A stretch of 64,000 bases of DNA from the human T2T-CHM13v2.0 reference genome, Homo sapiens. Below are positions 42,514 to 54,245 of the stretch, in pieces. The notes under the pieces were generated by a model that was not told the DNA's origin, made no database searches, and worked only from the letters and a program-made list of their open reading frames with translations. Both the position numbers and the translations under genes were made by a program. How positions within the stretch are numbered: position 1 is the first letter of the stretch; every line of letters begins with the position of its first letter. The DNA lies in the NCBI RefSeq assembly GCF_009914755.1, contig NC_060932.1. The stretch is one strand, 5' to 3'.

Positions 42514-42883
42514 TTCTGTGGACTGAATTGCATGCCTTCCCCAAGTTCATATGTTAAATCTCTAACCTTCGATGTGATGGTTTTCGGAGATGGGGCCTTT
42601 GGGAGGTAATTAGAGTTAGATAAAGGCATGAGGGTTGGGCCTTCATGATGGAATTAATAATTATATAAGAAGAGGTAGAAAGCTTGATCTCTCTCTCCAT
42701 TTGAGGACAGAGCGAGAAGGCAGCCATCTATAATCTGGCAAGAGGGCTGTCATCAGGAAGAGAATCAATGGGCACCTTGACCTTGGACTTTTCAGCCTCC
42801 ACAACTGTGAGCAATAAATGCCTATTGTTTAAGCCACCCAGCTTATGGTTATTTTGTTACAGTAGGCCAAGCTGACAAATACA
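42514..42883 (+). mobile_element. MLT1A0-like MaLR solo LTR
   Basis: ggactgaattg..ccccaagttcatatgtt...gagatggggcctttgggaggtaattag...gctgacaaataca; perfect TSD GGAAC (42509-42513, 42884-42888). Confidence 0.88.
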
Positions 42884-44649
42884 GGAACTGACACTTTTAA
42901 CCACCTGTTTTATGGGAGAGAATTATGTCAGGAAAATTATATACAATGTTTTATTCTTACAACCACCCTGTGAATTGAACACTCTTTTCATTTCCAGAGG
43001 TGAATGCTAGAAATGGTAAGTAACTTCCCCGAGGCCATACATAGCAGGCAATGGGGCAAGCCTAGGTTTGTCGTATCCCTGAAGCCTCTCTCTTAGATCA
43101 CAGCTTCTTCTAGGTGTCATGCAGGCATTAAAGAATAATCATTCCTTACTAGAGTTCTAAAAAAGTCTTGAGAGGGGGCCACTGGTCCTGGCAGGTCCTA
43201 GCTTTGTAAGGCTAGCCCCATCTTCTCTTGGATTTTCCATGAATCCTCCTGGCTCTCATCTGAAGTTGCTCTCATCCATCTAGCACATGTGAGCTTCCTT
43301 ATAACTGGGCTGAAGCCCCAAGAACTTAAAATTCTTCTTACTTGGCAGTGATGGAAGCTTTTGTGTCTGCCTCTTCCATATTTCAAAGGTTCTATTTCTG
43401 TTTCTATTTGAGAAACTGCTGACGTACACAAATGCTGGAGAGGTGGTGCTCATTCACTTTTTTACAAGGTCTTCTGCACCTTCCTGTCTTAAAGCCACAC
43501 CATCCCCTCTTCTCTGAATTGATGGAATGGAAAGGGTGTTTCAGTATCCCTGACTTTTGAGGTAAGAAAATACCTCTCAGCCAGAGCAACCCGTTACTGA
43601 AATGTTCTTCTCCATGAAATCTTTTTTGGGTCATATTCTCCCTGGTTCATCCTGACTAGCTAAATATCTCAAGTGCCACATTTAGGTTTTGAAGTTAAGA
43701 AAGAACCAGAGATATAAATATTTCAGACAGAAAATAAGAACAGAGACAATGAACGTTAAATTATTTTACAAATGGTGGGAGAGCAAGTCCTTTTTATTCC
43801 TGAGGACAAAATTCTGATTATTTACAGTCCTTTCCAAATGTTGCTCTATGACAATCCACTGATGGGTTAAATTACTTTTCTTTGAGGCTTCCAATGTATT
43901 TTTCAAAGTGGGCTGGTTAGTAAAATGGGAGATGGATTCTGGTTCACAGAAAGGCAGGATTGTCCCAGGAAAGTTTGCTCACTACTTCTGAATTCACACT
44001 ATAAATGTCAATCGCCATTTGATTGCTATGACTTCTGGTTGCGTTTGGCAGTTATGAGGCATGAGACCCCAAACTGCAATAAAAAGAAAGAAGATTGCAG
44101 CTTTCTTGGCCACCTGAAGTTAATAGTGGAGCATGACAAGGCAGTGGGCTGGGAGGCAGCCAGGGGCCTGGAGATGGCAAGGGTGGGGAAAAAGCAGCAG
44201 TGTTCACCTGCTGAGACCAGGAAGTACAACAAGACCTCTGTTTGCTTTTCTTCTGCAACAGAAATCGATGTAAGAACTACATCACGGATTATCAGAGTTG
44301 AGTCGAAGGATCATATAAATCATCCAATATGCCTATTTGCTAATAGTATTTTGCTGAGTCTTTAGGTTCCCAAGAGGTGCGTTGGGACAGTTGTGGGGTA
44401 AAGGGAATGCAGACAGAAGGGGCTTCAAAAGGATCTGCCATCTGTCACCCGAGGAGGTGACTAGTACCTGTTTTATATACTGTGGTTTTGAGTGAGGTTT
44501 TGTTTCATCTGAAAAATAGCTTTGCTTCTGAAGAAAGCTTGGAAACCACTGATTTTGTTGAAAATATTATGAGTAGCTTTGTTACAGATATTTCCTGAAC
44601 CTGCAGAGCATGTTTACAGGACATTAGAGGGGTCCTAGGATGGGAGGAT

Positions 44650-44735
44650 ATATCTTAGGTCAGGGTCTCCCAGAAATAAACCCCAAGCCAACGATCTGAG
44701 TGCAAAGACTTTTCCAAGGAAAGTCTCCAAGGAAC

Positions 44736-44813
<78 letters not shown>

Positions 44814-45160
44814 AGCAAGATAGGGAAGGGGAAGAAGGCAAACAAGATTGAAATTTCAGATGAGGTTTCCAGCCTAATCCATAAGGATCTCTGGAGTTTA
44901 TTTTGGGTCAAGGAGGCTGGACTTTTATAGTCTAAAACCAGCTAACCAGTTACAGATCATCTAGGGGTATAAAAACTCCTAGACATTTCTTCCTCTTTTT
45001 ATACATAAATCACTTACCATAGCCTAAAGATCGTTCTTTGAAGAAGGTTGTAGTGGCAAACAGAGAACATCATGGCACACAGAAACTGATGGATGGGCAC
45101 TCAGCACTGGCAAGAGAATTTGAGGTGGTCTGGGTGGGGATACCAATAGCGTCTACCCTA
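44650..45160 (-). mobile_element. LTR16-like ERVL LTR
   Basis: tcttaggtcagggtctcccagaaataaaccc...gatagggaaggggaagaaggcaa...aaggaggctggacttttata. Confidence 0.55.
44738..44813. repeat. (GA)n microsatellite with two GACA interruptions
   Basis: About 76 bp of gagaga. Confidence 0.95.
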
Positions 45161-45362
45161 GGCTGCTTGAATTAAGTTCATCATGGAAGCAGCAAATTCC
45201 TTCCCCACCATCCTACTCTGGATCAGTCCATATTACATGTTGTCTCTGGACAAACACTGTAATATTTCCCCTACCCTTTAACTCCTTTCTTTCTTATTCA
45301 TATCCAGCCCAACATCTCCAATTAACCTCTCTTTCTTGCAATCAACCTTTCTGTTTTGTTTC

Positions 45363-45864
45363 TGTATAAAAGGGGCAGACCAGTATTAGAAGGAATTAGC
45401 CTGTGCAATTGTGGGGCTGGCTATGCAAGTCTGAAGTTCATAGGACAGGCAGTGGGGAAGCCAAAGGGAAGAAGATGATTATACATAATCCTATAGGCAG
45501 ACCTGAAGTTTCTTGGGGACAAGTGGATGTTTCTGAACTCTTTTACGCCCTCTTTTAAAGTTTTATAGCCAATTCCTTCAGTCCCACCAAGGATAATCTC
45601 TCTGCTGATTAACTTAAAATCAACCAATTAGGGGTATTAATTACCTCTGCTGTAAGATCCATACTTGGCAGCACCTGGTGTTGAATTTGATTGACTCACA
45701 GGGAGAGGGACGTGTCTGCTAAAATATGCCCATGGCCCCTCTCCTGACCTCCAGCTCTGAGAAGAGACTGTCCTTCTGCTTCATCCCAACCAAAACATGC
45801 TAGAAAGAAGAATCTGGGGCCTCTAGTTCAAACTCGCCAAGTGGACACATGAAAAGCCAGCACA
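45363..45864 (-). mobile_element. MLT2E/F-like ERVL LTR
   Basis: aaggaattagcctgtgcaattgtggggctggc..gcaagtctgaa...aggataatctc..aacttaaaatcaac...gccaagtggacacatgaaaagccagcaca. Confidence 0.6.
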
Positions 45865-46149
45865 GTTTCCTGATCTTTGAGGAGGGGCTCTCCCTCCTGG
45901 AACAATACACTTACTAATTAATGGCATGGCAACAGTTCTTTCAAGTGGTCCACAGTCTCCAAACCCATGCCCCCACCCTTGCCATATGCCTCTCTCAAAT
46001 GGACAACACTGGTTCCAGGTACAAAATATGACTCTTGGATAGGAATTCCTTATTTAGAAGACATGAAGACCTAGAGCAGTGTGAAGATTTTCCTTGAATC
46101 TTCAGTATTTCAGTGACAGAATGGGATCTAGAATCCTCTTTCCAAGTTC

Positions 46150-46790
46150 TTGAAATGTCCACATGGCTGAAGATCCAGACTGCTGTGCAAGCCTCCCAGC
46201 CACTTGGTGCACAGAACACAGGTGATCCTAAGATGTCAGAGATAGCTATGGTGGTTCAAGATTCTGCAGAGTCTCCCAATACTCTTATCATGGTATAGAC
46301 CCCTAGGTTTATGGTATATATACAGCCATGGTACAGACCCCTAGAATGTGGAGAAAGACAGTGCCTTCAGAGACACAGAGCCAATGACTTTAGATGGACT
46401 CCTGGGCTCTGCTGGAGAATTAGTTTAATAATGGGACATCACAGGGCTTGAAAACATGCAACCAGAGATGCCCATTATAAGCTGGTCACTGTCAGACCCA
46501 CCTAATCATAAAGTCAGGTGGGCACATCAGCATTCCACCATTATTTGGAAATGCTACAACTGGGATCAGAAATGAGTAGGCTCAAAGCGCAAAAGGAAGT
46601 TATGAGAAGCGGTGGTCCAGATCCTAATTGCTTGCTCTACTGTACCAGCACTTCTCCCCTTAGCTCACACCTATGGCCTCATTCTTGGGTGCTTTCCTAC
46701 AACAAACATAAAGGACAAAACTACTCTGGCTTGATTCATGGGTGTGTCAGCTCCATATGTTGGTGTTATTTGAAATTAGACACTAGAAAA
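46150..46790 (+). mobile_element. ERVL/MaLR-class internal pol remnant (RT connection/RNase H region), disrupted
   Basis: KIQTAVQASQPLGAQNTGDPKMSE resembles HERV-L QVQAAVQAALPLGPYDPADPMVLE; ccagagatgcccattataagctgg..gtcagacccacctaatcataaagtcagg resembles PELPIMNWVLSDPSSHKVG. Confidence 0.75.
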
Positions 46791-46997
46791 TAATGAGGTG
46801 CCCACTTGGAAATCATGGTAGTGTTTTGTGTTGCTCTCTTTCAGGATGCAAAATATGGACTAAACTTATTTGAGCCTAATGATCATTAATTCATAGTAGT
46901 ACCAATATGCATGGTTATGCAATTTTCTCTATTCATTTAGAGCACTCTGTGTGAAGGGGTCAACAAAAGACATTTGGAATGACCTGAGATTGGTATT

Positions 46998-47361
46998 CAT
47001 TTGTCCCCGACTTACAATGGTTTGACTTATAATTTTGTTGACTTCACGATGGTGCAAAAGCAATATGCATTCAATGGAAATAGCACTTTGAGTACCCATA
47101 CAAGCATTCTCTTTGTCATGGTCAGTATAGCATTCGATAAGTTACATGAAATATCAACACTTTATTATAAAGTAGGCTTTGGGTTAGATGATTTTGCCCA
47201 ACTGCAGACTAGTATAAGTGTTCTGAGCACGTTTAAGCTAGGCCAGGCTAAGCTATGATATTCTGTAGATGAAGTGTATTAAATGCTTTTTCAACTTATG
47301 GTACTTCTATTTATGATGGGATGATTGGGATGTAACCCCATTGTAAGTTGAGGTGCATATG
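46998..47361 (-). mobile_element. MER47A (Tigger5-derived)
   Basis: gtccccgacttacaatggtt...gggttagatgattttgcccaactg...gtgttctgagcacgtttaag..aggccaggctaagctatgat...accccattgtaagttgagg. Confidence 0.88.
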
Positions 47362-48386
47362 TGTTTCCATGGCTACAGAAACCTGAGATATTTTATCTTT
47401 TTTCCCCATTTTCAAACATACATACATATTTGTAGTTTATATAAACAGCATTTTTATTGTGAAATATGAGATGTCAGTGGTCATGACTTTGATAAATTGT
47501 AAAATGTATCTTTAACCCCACTTAGTTCTTATAAGAACTCTCTCTCCACTCACTGGCCCACACAACTGTTCCTGGGAATAACTCAGTGAAGACGGCAATT
47601 TAATGTATTCGAATAGGCATGGACCAACAGGTAGAAAACTAGGTGCTAGCAGTCTGTGCTGGTGCAAGGCGTTAGAAGCTAAAGGTTGTGTGTGTTAGGT
47701 ATAAGAAGAGTGAGAAGAGGCCATGTGATGTTGTAGAGTGACAGCGCATCTATGAATGAGGCCACTTGTTGTTTGGCCATGGGCAGTCTCTTTAACCACT
47801 CCAGACATCTGTTTCCCCATCTGTAGAGCAGGACAATTGTATGGCATGATCTTTGAGGTCTCTTTAAGCCCAGATCTTCTTTGACACTGGGGTAGCAGAA
47901 GGGTGTCATCCACGTTCTCGACAGACTCCAGCTTTATATTTGTATCACTTACTGTACAGAAAGTGCCTGAGGCTTTCCGATGCATAATAAGGTGCAGTCT
48001 TGAGCATTGCAGAAATCAGGAAGGTGATAGAAAGAGAATCAATGTTTATGCTGAGATTTCACATTTGTTATTTTATTTAATCCACACAACAACTTATGTA
48101 GTAGGCTACTACCCTCATGCTCCTGATGTGGCTGGTGCCACATCAGCTTGGCACTCAGCTTGATGCCCCAGCTTGGGGCACAAACACATTGGTACTTCTT
48201 CCATTTTTTGAATGATTGTTGTAGGATCTATCTACCTCTATTGCAGAAGAGTCTATATCATCCTCTTGAGGTCTTCCTGTGTCCTAATTTGCTAAATGTT
48301 CTGCATCTAGCAGGGTGAGCCCTGCCTGCAGATGTTGTCATTAGAGAGTGGAAAGTAAGATCCATTTACTTGTATACACAGTCAAC

Positions 48387-48612
48387 TGCCCTACAAAGAC
48401 AGTGAGACAACTTGATTTCTCATAGATATCTTTGCCCTACAAAGATAGTGAGACAACTTGGTTTCTCATAGGTATCTTTGCCCTACAAAGATAGTGAGAC
48501 AACTTGGTTTCTCATAGGTATCTTTGCCCTACAAAGATAGTGAGACAACTTGGTTTCTCATAGGTATCTTTGCCCTACAAAGATAGTGAGACAACTTGGT
48601 TTCTCATAGGTA
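48387..48612. repeat. 46-bp minisatellite (VNTR), 4.9 copies
   Basis: Unit tgccctacaaagatagtgagacaacttggtttctcataggtatctt starting at 48387, 48433, 48479, 48525 and 48571; copies 2-5 identical, copy 1 has 3 substitutions. Confidence 0.97.
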
Positions 48613-49726
48613 CATGGATCTTTTTTTTTTTTTTTTTCTGACAATGTGGTAATTACTGATGTCAAGTTTGCTCACAGCAAGGCTACCAATGCTTAGGATG
48701 GCTTAGTTCCTGTTGGCATGACTAGCCATTGGTCCCAGGCAGAGTTTCTGAGACAGTGGTGGTGTGTTGAAGGTCTCTAAGACTCAGTTCTTTACTGTAC
48801 CTGAACAGCCACCACTCAAGCACCTGGACTTTTGTGTTCCACCCAGATTCTCTTTCCTTCTGCTAAATATCCCTTTGAAGCCCTTGCTCCATTCTCTTGT
48901 GGTAGTCTATGTCAGGGACACCTGATCCATTCTGAAATCTTTTCCCATATTTTAATTCCAGGATACTTGTGTTGTGGTCTTAGCTTTTTCCAAAAGGTTT
49001 TTGGCTCCTTTCAAAAGTTGATCCAACCTTCTCCAGGGTCTTGTGTATGCCAAGGTGTCTAAGTGAGGGGTGGACCTCAAGGAGCTATGGAAGGTTTTGG
49101 TCATCCTTTTTCCCTGCCAGTGGCAATCTACTTGAATATAGGTCCCCTCTCAGGTGATATCTCCTATATATTGCTTTGCTGCCTCTACCTGCACAGACAG
49201 GCAACCGGAGTTATTTTTGAAGTTCTCTTCTCGTGCTTTCTCTTTATACACAAGTTTATGATGAAGAGATTGATACTCAGAAATCTAAAGTAACTGGCCC
49301 CAAATATGACCACTAACAAGTGACAGAAGCAGGATTTGAATTCAAGATTCTCTGAAATAAATGCACCTACTCTTTTTATTATAACTTAGACTGTCTAGAT
49401 AAATAATGAGGTGCAGTAGTCATCCTTGAGGAAGTTATGGGTTGATTTCAGAGTTAGAAATATTACCTTAAAGACTGGCAAACAAAATTAGACAGTGTTC
49501 AATATTACTATAGAACTGTAAGCATTGAGAAATGGGATTCCTGTGCTGGTCAGGGAGTACTTCAGTGAGAAGCTGAGAATCCAGTTGGGTTGCAGAATGA
49601 ATCATATTTAATAGCAAAGCACACCCAGGAGGGACATCCTAGGTGTGGTTGTGTGGAGGAATCTGCATCCCTGCAGAGAATCAGACCTGGAATAACCTTA
49701 TTTTCAGGTAACAAAGGATGAGTGTT

Positions 49727-50042
49727 GGCCAGGCGTGGTGGCTCATGCCTGTAATCCCAGAACTTTGGGAGGCCGAGGCGGGTGGATCACCTGAGGTTGG
49801 GGTTCGAGACCAACCTGACCAACATGGAGAAACCCCATCTCTACTAAAAATACAAAATTAGCTGGACATGGTGGTGCATGCCTATAATCCCAGCTATTCG
49901 GGAGGCTGAGGTAGGAGAATCGCTTGAACCTGGGAGGTGGAGGTTGCGTTGTACCGAGATCGCGCATTGCACTCCAGCCTGGGCAAAAAGGGTGAAACTC
50001 CATCTCAAAAATAAAATAAAATAAATGAATAAATTAATTAAT
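49727..50042 (+). mobile_element. AluSp
   Basis: cctgaccaacatggagaaacccc and aatacaaaattag diagnostics; TSD aaaggatgagtgtt / aaatggtgagtgtt. Confidence 0.92.
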
Positions 50043-51724
50043 AAATGGTGAGTGTTGAAGTGACATAACCACAACACATAATTAATTTCTACCAGAGCTT
50101 GGAAATAAAAAATAGTGCCTAACAATCATGTAAGATTGTCACACATTAAATCCTGTTTAATTATCACAAAAACTTGTGTGGTAGCTATTATTATCATTCC
50201 ATTTTTTTCAGATGGGAAAATGGGGGCTGAAGCATATTAATTATGACCAATGTTTTTATAGCCTCTTAAAGTTCAGAAAATGCATTTTATTTTGCCTTTA
50301 TAACAACCCTGTGTATGGGGTGCCGAAAAAAGAGGATTTTTTAATTCTTTTTTTCGTTCATTGGAGTATGAACATTTTAGGGTCACTGACTATGTTTGCT
50401 TCCTGCATCTGAGGAACACTAATTATCTTTTGGAAAATTCCTCCTGAATCCCTTTTGTTACATATCAGTAAAACAGACACCACTTATTCTGCCAAACTGA
50501 CAGTTTGGCTTTTTAATTTGAGTTGAGTGTGTATCTCTCTAGAATGGTCCTGGAAGAACTATTTCTCCTGAATGTGAATTTATGCTGTAGTCTTAATGTG
50601 TTCAGGAAGTGCTATTTAAAATTGATCAACTCAGACTTTGCTAAACAAATGGCAAGACAGCTATTGCCCTGTCTGTTTCTGGTGATCAGACTGCCCTGTG
50701 GGTGGAAGGAAGACCAGAGTATTTCCTGAAGAATGGATGTCCCTGCTTTATCTCACTCTGGGTCAGAAAGGAAGCCAGCCTATGCTGGATATAGGCAGAG
50801 ATCATGGAAGAAACCTCCTTCTTTCTGGGTACCAAGAAATGGTCATCTAGTCTCTAGAGGAGGAAGTTGCCAGAGACTTTTTTATTGGTGAGGGTTGGAT
50901 GCCTCACCCATTAGGAAGCTTTCCAGCTGCAGAATGCAAATCCAAGATGGGTTAATAGTTTGTAAGGCCCATGTACAACCTTGGAAGTGGTATGAGCCAC
51001 TCTTTGCTTTATTCTTTCCTATTCCTCATGCATGGACCCCAAGCAACACAGATTTCTTGGGGAGATGTTAAGGAAGAAGTCTGTGTCCAAGCTTATAAAA
51101 AATTGTGGTGCTTTTTGTAAAAGAAACTCAGGAGCAAAGAATACCTGGAGAAAGACAAGCCTGAAACCAGAGTGGATTAACAGAGCCTATCAACAATGTT
51201 TGGGAGGTCATCAAAATTTTGGAAAGAGGAAAATCCTAGGAGGAAGACTAGATATTCTGTTGATCTATAATATGGGGGTGGATGGTTTTCTAATTTGACA
51301 ATTAAAGGAAATATGTCATTAATCTGTTCCCCAAGATAGTGAAGTGGAACAAACCAATAATATTTTTGAGTTAGGAATGACAATAACAACAATGCTCATT
51401 ATATTCCGTATATTTTGTTTTACATTTATTAGCTCATTTATTCCTCATAATAATTCTATGAGGAAACTGAGAAATTAAATGACTTGCTGAGAGTTGTAAG
51501 TGATCAAGGGGGAAATCAATTCCATAAATAATTGTTTTGTCTTTTTACAGAGGAGAAGCATGAGTCCCAAGCTGGTTGATTAGTTACTGAAGGAGAGCAG
51601 AGATTTAAGGGCTGGTGATGGCTTCAGATCCTTCATTTTGCTTGATGAAAGAAATGGGTGCACTCAGCTTCTTCTTGTCTCTGTCCTACATCTACCTCAT
51701 AGTTAGAGTGCTCTGTTTTGTCTG

Positions 51725-51856
51725 CACACGAGTGCATGCATGCACACACACATACAGATATATGCACAGGCATGTGCCTTCCACATATACTTGCACGTAT
51801 ACACATACATACATGCACACACACATACAGGCACACACATATGCACACACACACAT
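51725..51856. repeat. Degenerate (CA/TA/TG) alternating purine-pyrimidine repeat
   Basis: gcatgcatgcacacacacatac...gcacacacatatgcacacacacaca. Confidence 0.8.
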
Positions 51857-52506
51857 CTCCTTTCAGTGCTGAAATATCACTGCTCAGACAGTGACAGGGA
51901 AGATAGGCTCACCTGCATGCTAGCTGATTTTGTTGGTTTTAGGGGATTTTGAAAGGTTTGAAAGGATATTGTTGGTAACAAATAGACATTTTTAAAATGT
52001 CAAGTCACTCTCAAAATGGGTGCTTCTCCGTTAATAGACATATGCTGATGGCTTAAATGCTGCAAGACAAGCTTCCAGCTTTTGCTCCAGACATTTCAAA
52101 AGGCTGACAGGAGCTGATGTCTCCCACAGAGAGAATACTTTGGTGACAGGGTTTTCATGTAAATTATATGGAATTAGATGGTGGGCAGAGGGAGAGACTT
52201 TATTACTCAGAAATAAAACAATCTACCAAATAAATTGCAGGGTGGTGTGGCGTGGGGGCTGGGGCTGGCCTGCAGTGTGACAGATGAGGACTTGGACCTC
52301 TGTTTTGTGCCAGCAGAATGACCTTCAAGTCTCTGAAGTTGAATTTCCTAGCCTGGGAAGAAACAAGCAGGGAGACTCCTCCTTTCTGCAGATGGGGTGA
52401 GGGTGAGTGATAGTGGTTGTTGGGTCTGGCCCAGTACAGAGGATATGATTGGAGCTCAGAAAATGATAGCTAAAGTTACCACTATTTCTGCTTTTTAAAA
52501 AATTGA

Positions 52507-53208
52507 ATGAGTAGGTTGCGAAACCTAATATCCAGAATCTACAATGAACTCAAACAAATTTACAAGAAAAAAACAAACAACCCCATCAAAAAGTGGGCGA
52601 AGGACATGAACAGACACTTCTCAAAAGAAGACATTTATGTAGCCAAAAAACACATGAAGAAATGCTCATCATCACTGGCCATCAGAGAAATGCAAATCAA
52701 AACCACTATGAGATATCATCTCACACCAGTTAGAATGGCAATCATTAAAAAGTCAGGAAACAACAGGTGCTGGAGAGGATGTGGAGAAATAGGAACACTT
52801 TTACACTGTTGGTGGGACTGTAAACTAGTTCAACCATTGTGGAAGTCAGTGTGGCGATTCCTCAGGGATCTAGAACTAGAAATACCATTTGACCCAGCCA
52901 TCCCATTACTGGGTATATACCCAAAGGACTATAAATCATGCTGCTCTAAAGACACATGCACACGTATGTTTATTGTGGCACTATTCACAATAGCAAAGAC
53001 TTGGAACCAACCCAAATGTCCAACAATGATAGACTGGATTAAGAAAATGTGGCACATATACACCATGGAATACTATGCAGCCATAAAAAATGATGAGTTC
53101 ATGTCCTTTGTAGGGACATGGATGAAATTGGAAACCATCATTCTCAGTAAACTATCGCAAGAACAAAAAACCAAACACCGCATATTCTCACTCATAGGTG
53201 GGAATTGA
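52507..53208 (+). pseudogene. L1 ORF2p C-terminal fragment (233-aa open frame including the Cys-rich CCHC region; lacks endonuclease and RT)
   Basis: [15 protein letters not shown]...[18 protein letters not shown]...[11 protein letters not shown]; the first 6 aa come from the inversion junction. Confidence 0.9.
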
Positions 53209-53437
53209 ACAATGAGATCACATGGACACAGGAAGGGGAATATCACACTCTGGGGACTGTGGTGGGGTTGGGGGAGGGGGGAGGGATAGCATTGGGAGAT
53301 ATACCTAATGCTAGATGACGAGTTAGTGGGTGCAGCGCACCAGCATGGCACATGTATACATATGTAACTAACCTGCACAATGTGCACATGTACCCTAAAA
53401 CTTAGAGTATAATAAAAAAAAAAAAAATTAAAAAAAA
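52507..53437 (+). mobile_element. Young 5'-truncated, 5'-inverted L1 (L1PA2/L1HS-like)
   Basis: Near-consensus ORF2 3' end, 3'UTR and poly(A); 14-bp TSD aaaaaattgaatga (52497-52510, 53438-53451); 52507-52523 is inverted L1 sequence. Confidence 0.96.
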
Positions 53438-53854
53438 AAAAAATTGAATGAAAGTGATAAATATGTCCAGTGGCAATTATTTGCCAAGTATCTTGGGACT
53501 GTCAAAAGATTCCTGTGATCTCCTAAAACCTCTCTTGATCCTCGATACAAGTAGTGTTCATTGAACACTTGTGATGTGAATAGGCATAGTGTGAGTCCCA
53601 CTTTACCAGGAACACTGAGGGAGCAATTGATGCTCCCATTTGCATAAGAAGACCTCCATCCCTTGCTGCCACACTGGTGCATGGAAAATAAGAATCGGTC
53701 CTTCTGTCTTTGGAGTCTCTACCAGGTGCTGGATGACAGTGTTGTCCTTACAGGAACATCTGAGCTCTGTTGGACTGCCACTTACCCCAGTGGTGGTGGA
53801 GGAGGAATGTTGAAGACATAGGAATCACACACAGTTAGGGTTTAAGGCAGAGAT

Positions 53855-54245
53855 TCGTGTTCTAACTGCGTATCAGGATCAACTGAGGAGTCTTTAAAAC
53901 CCTGAAAGCCCAGGCTGCACTCCAGCCCAATTAAGTCTGAATTTCTGGAGATGGCACCAGGGTGGCAGGGCTTTTAAAGCTCCCGGATGATTCCTTTGTG
54001 CAGACAAGCTTGAGATCCATGAGTCTGGGATCTCTGCAGATGCCACATGCATACCATTGAGTCTATCTCAGTGTTTTCCAAACTTGAGCCATTAGAGACT
54101 CACCAGAGATGTTTGTTAAAAACACAGATTTCAGAGTCTTTCCCAGGAGGTGATGATCCTTTCTGTGTGGGGTGGCACTGGAGACTGAGAGTTTAACACT
54201 GAATTCAGGTGATTCTTCTGTTGTGTCAAACTGGGAAATAGCCTG
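53855..54245. mobile_element. Two MER5-family hAT-Charlie elements
   Basis: gcccaggctgcactccagcccaattaagtctgaatttctggag...ttttaaagctcccggatgattc; cagtgttttccaaact...aaacacagatt..ttcaggtgattct. Confidence 0.7.

Noticed and set aside
43925-44365. 146-aa ORF in partly unique DNA
   Set aside because: No recognisable domain or splice context; this length can arise by chance in 64 kb
48387-48612. CRISPR-like array (palindromic ~46-bp repeats)
   Set aside because: Units are directly adjacent with no unique spacers, there are no cas genes, and the context is human; it is a minisatellite
49697-49715. ttattttcAG|GTaaca recursive-splice-like motif
   Set aside because: Short pyrimidine tract, and the transcription status and strand are unknown
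52507-53208. 233-aa ORF as a host gene
   Set aside because: It is the L1 ORF2p C-terminus inside a TSD-bounded truncated L1
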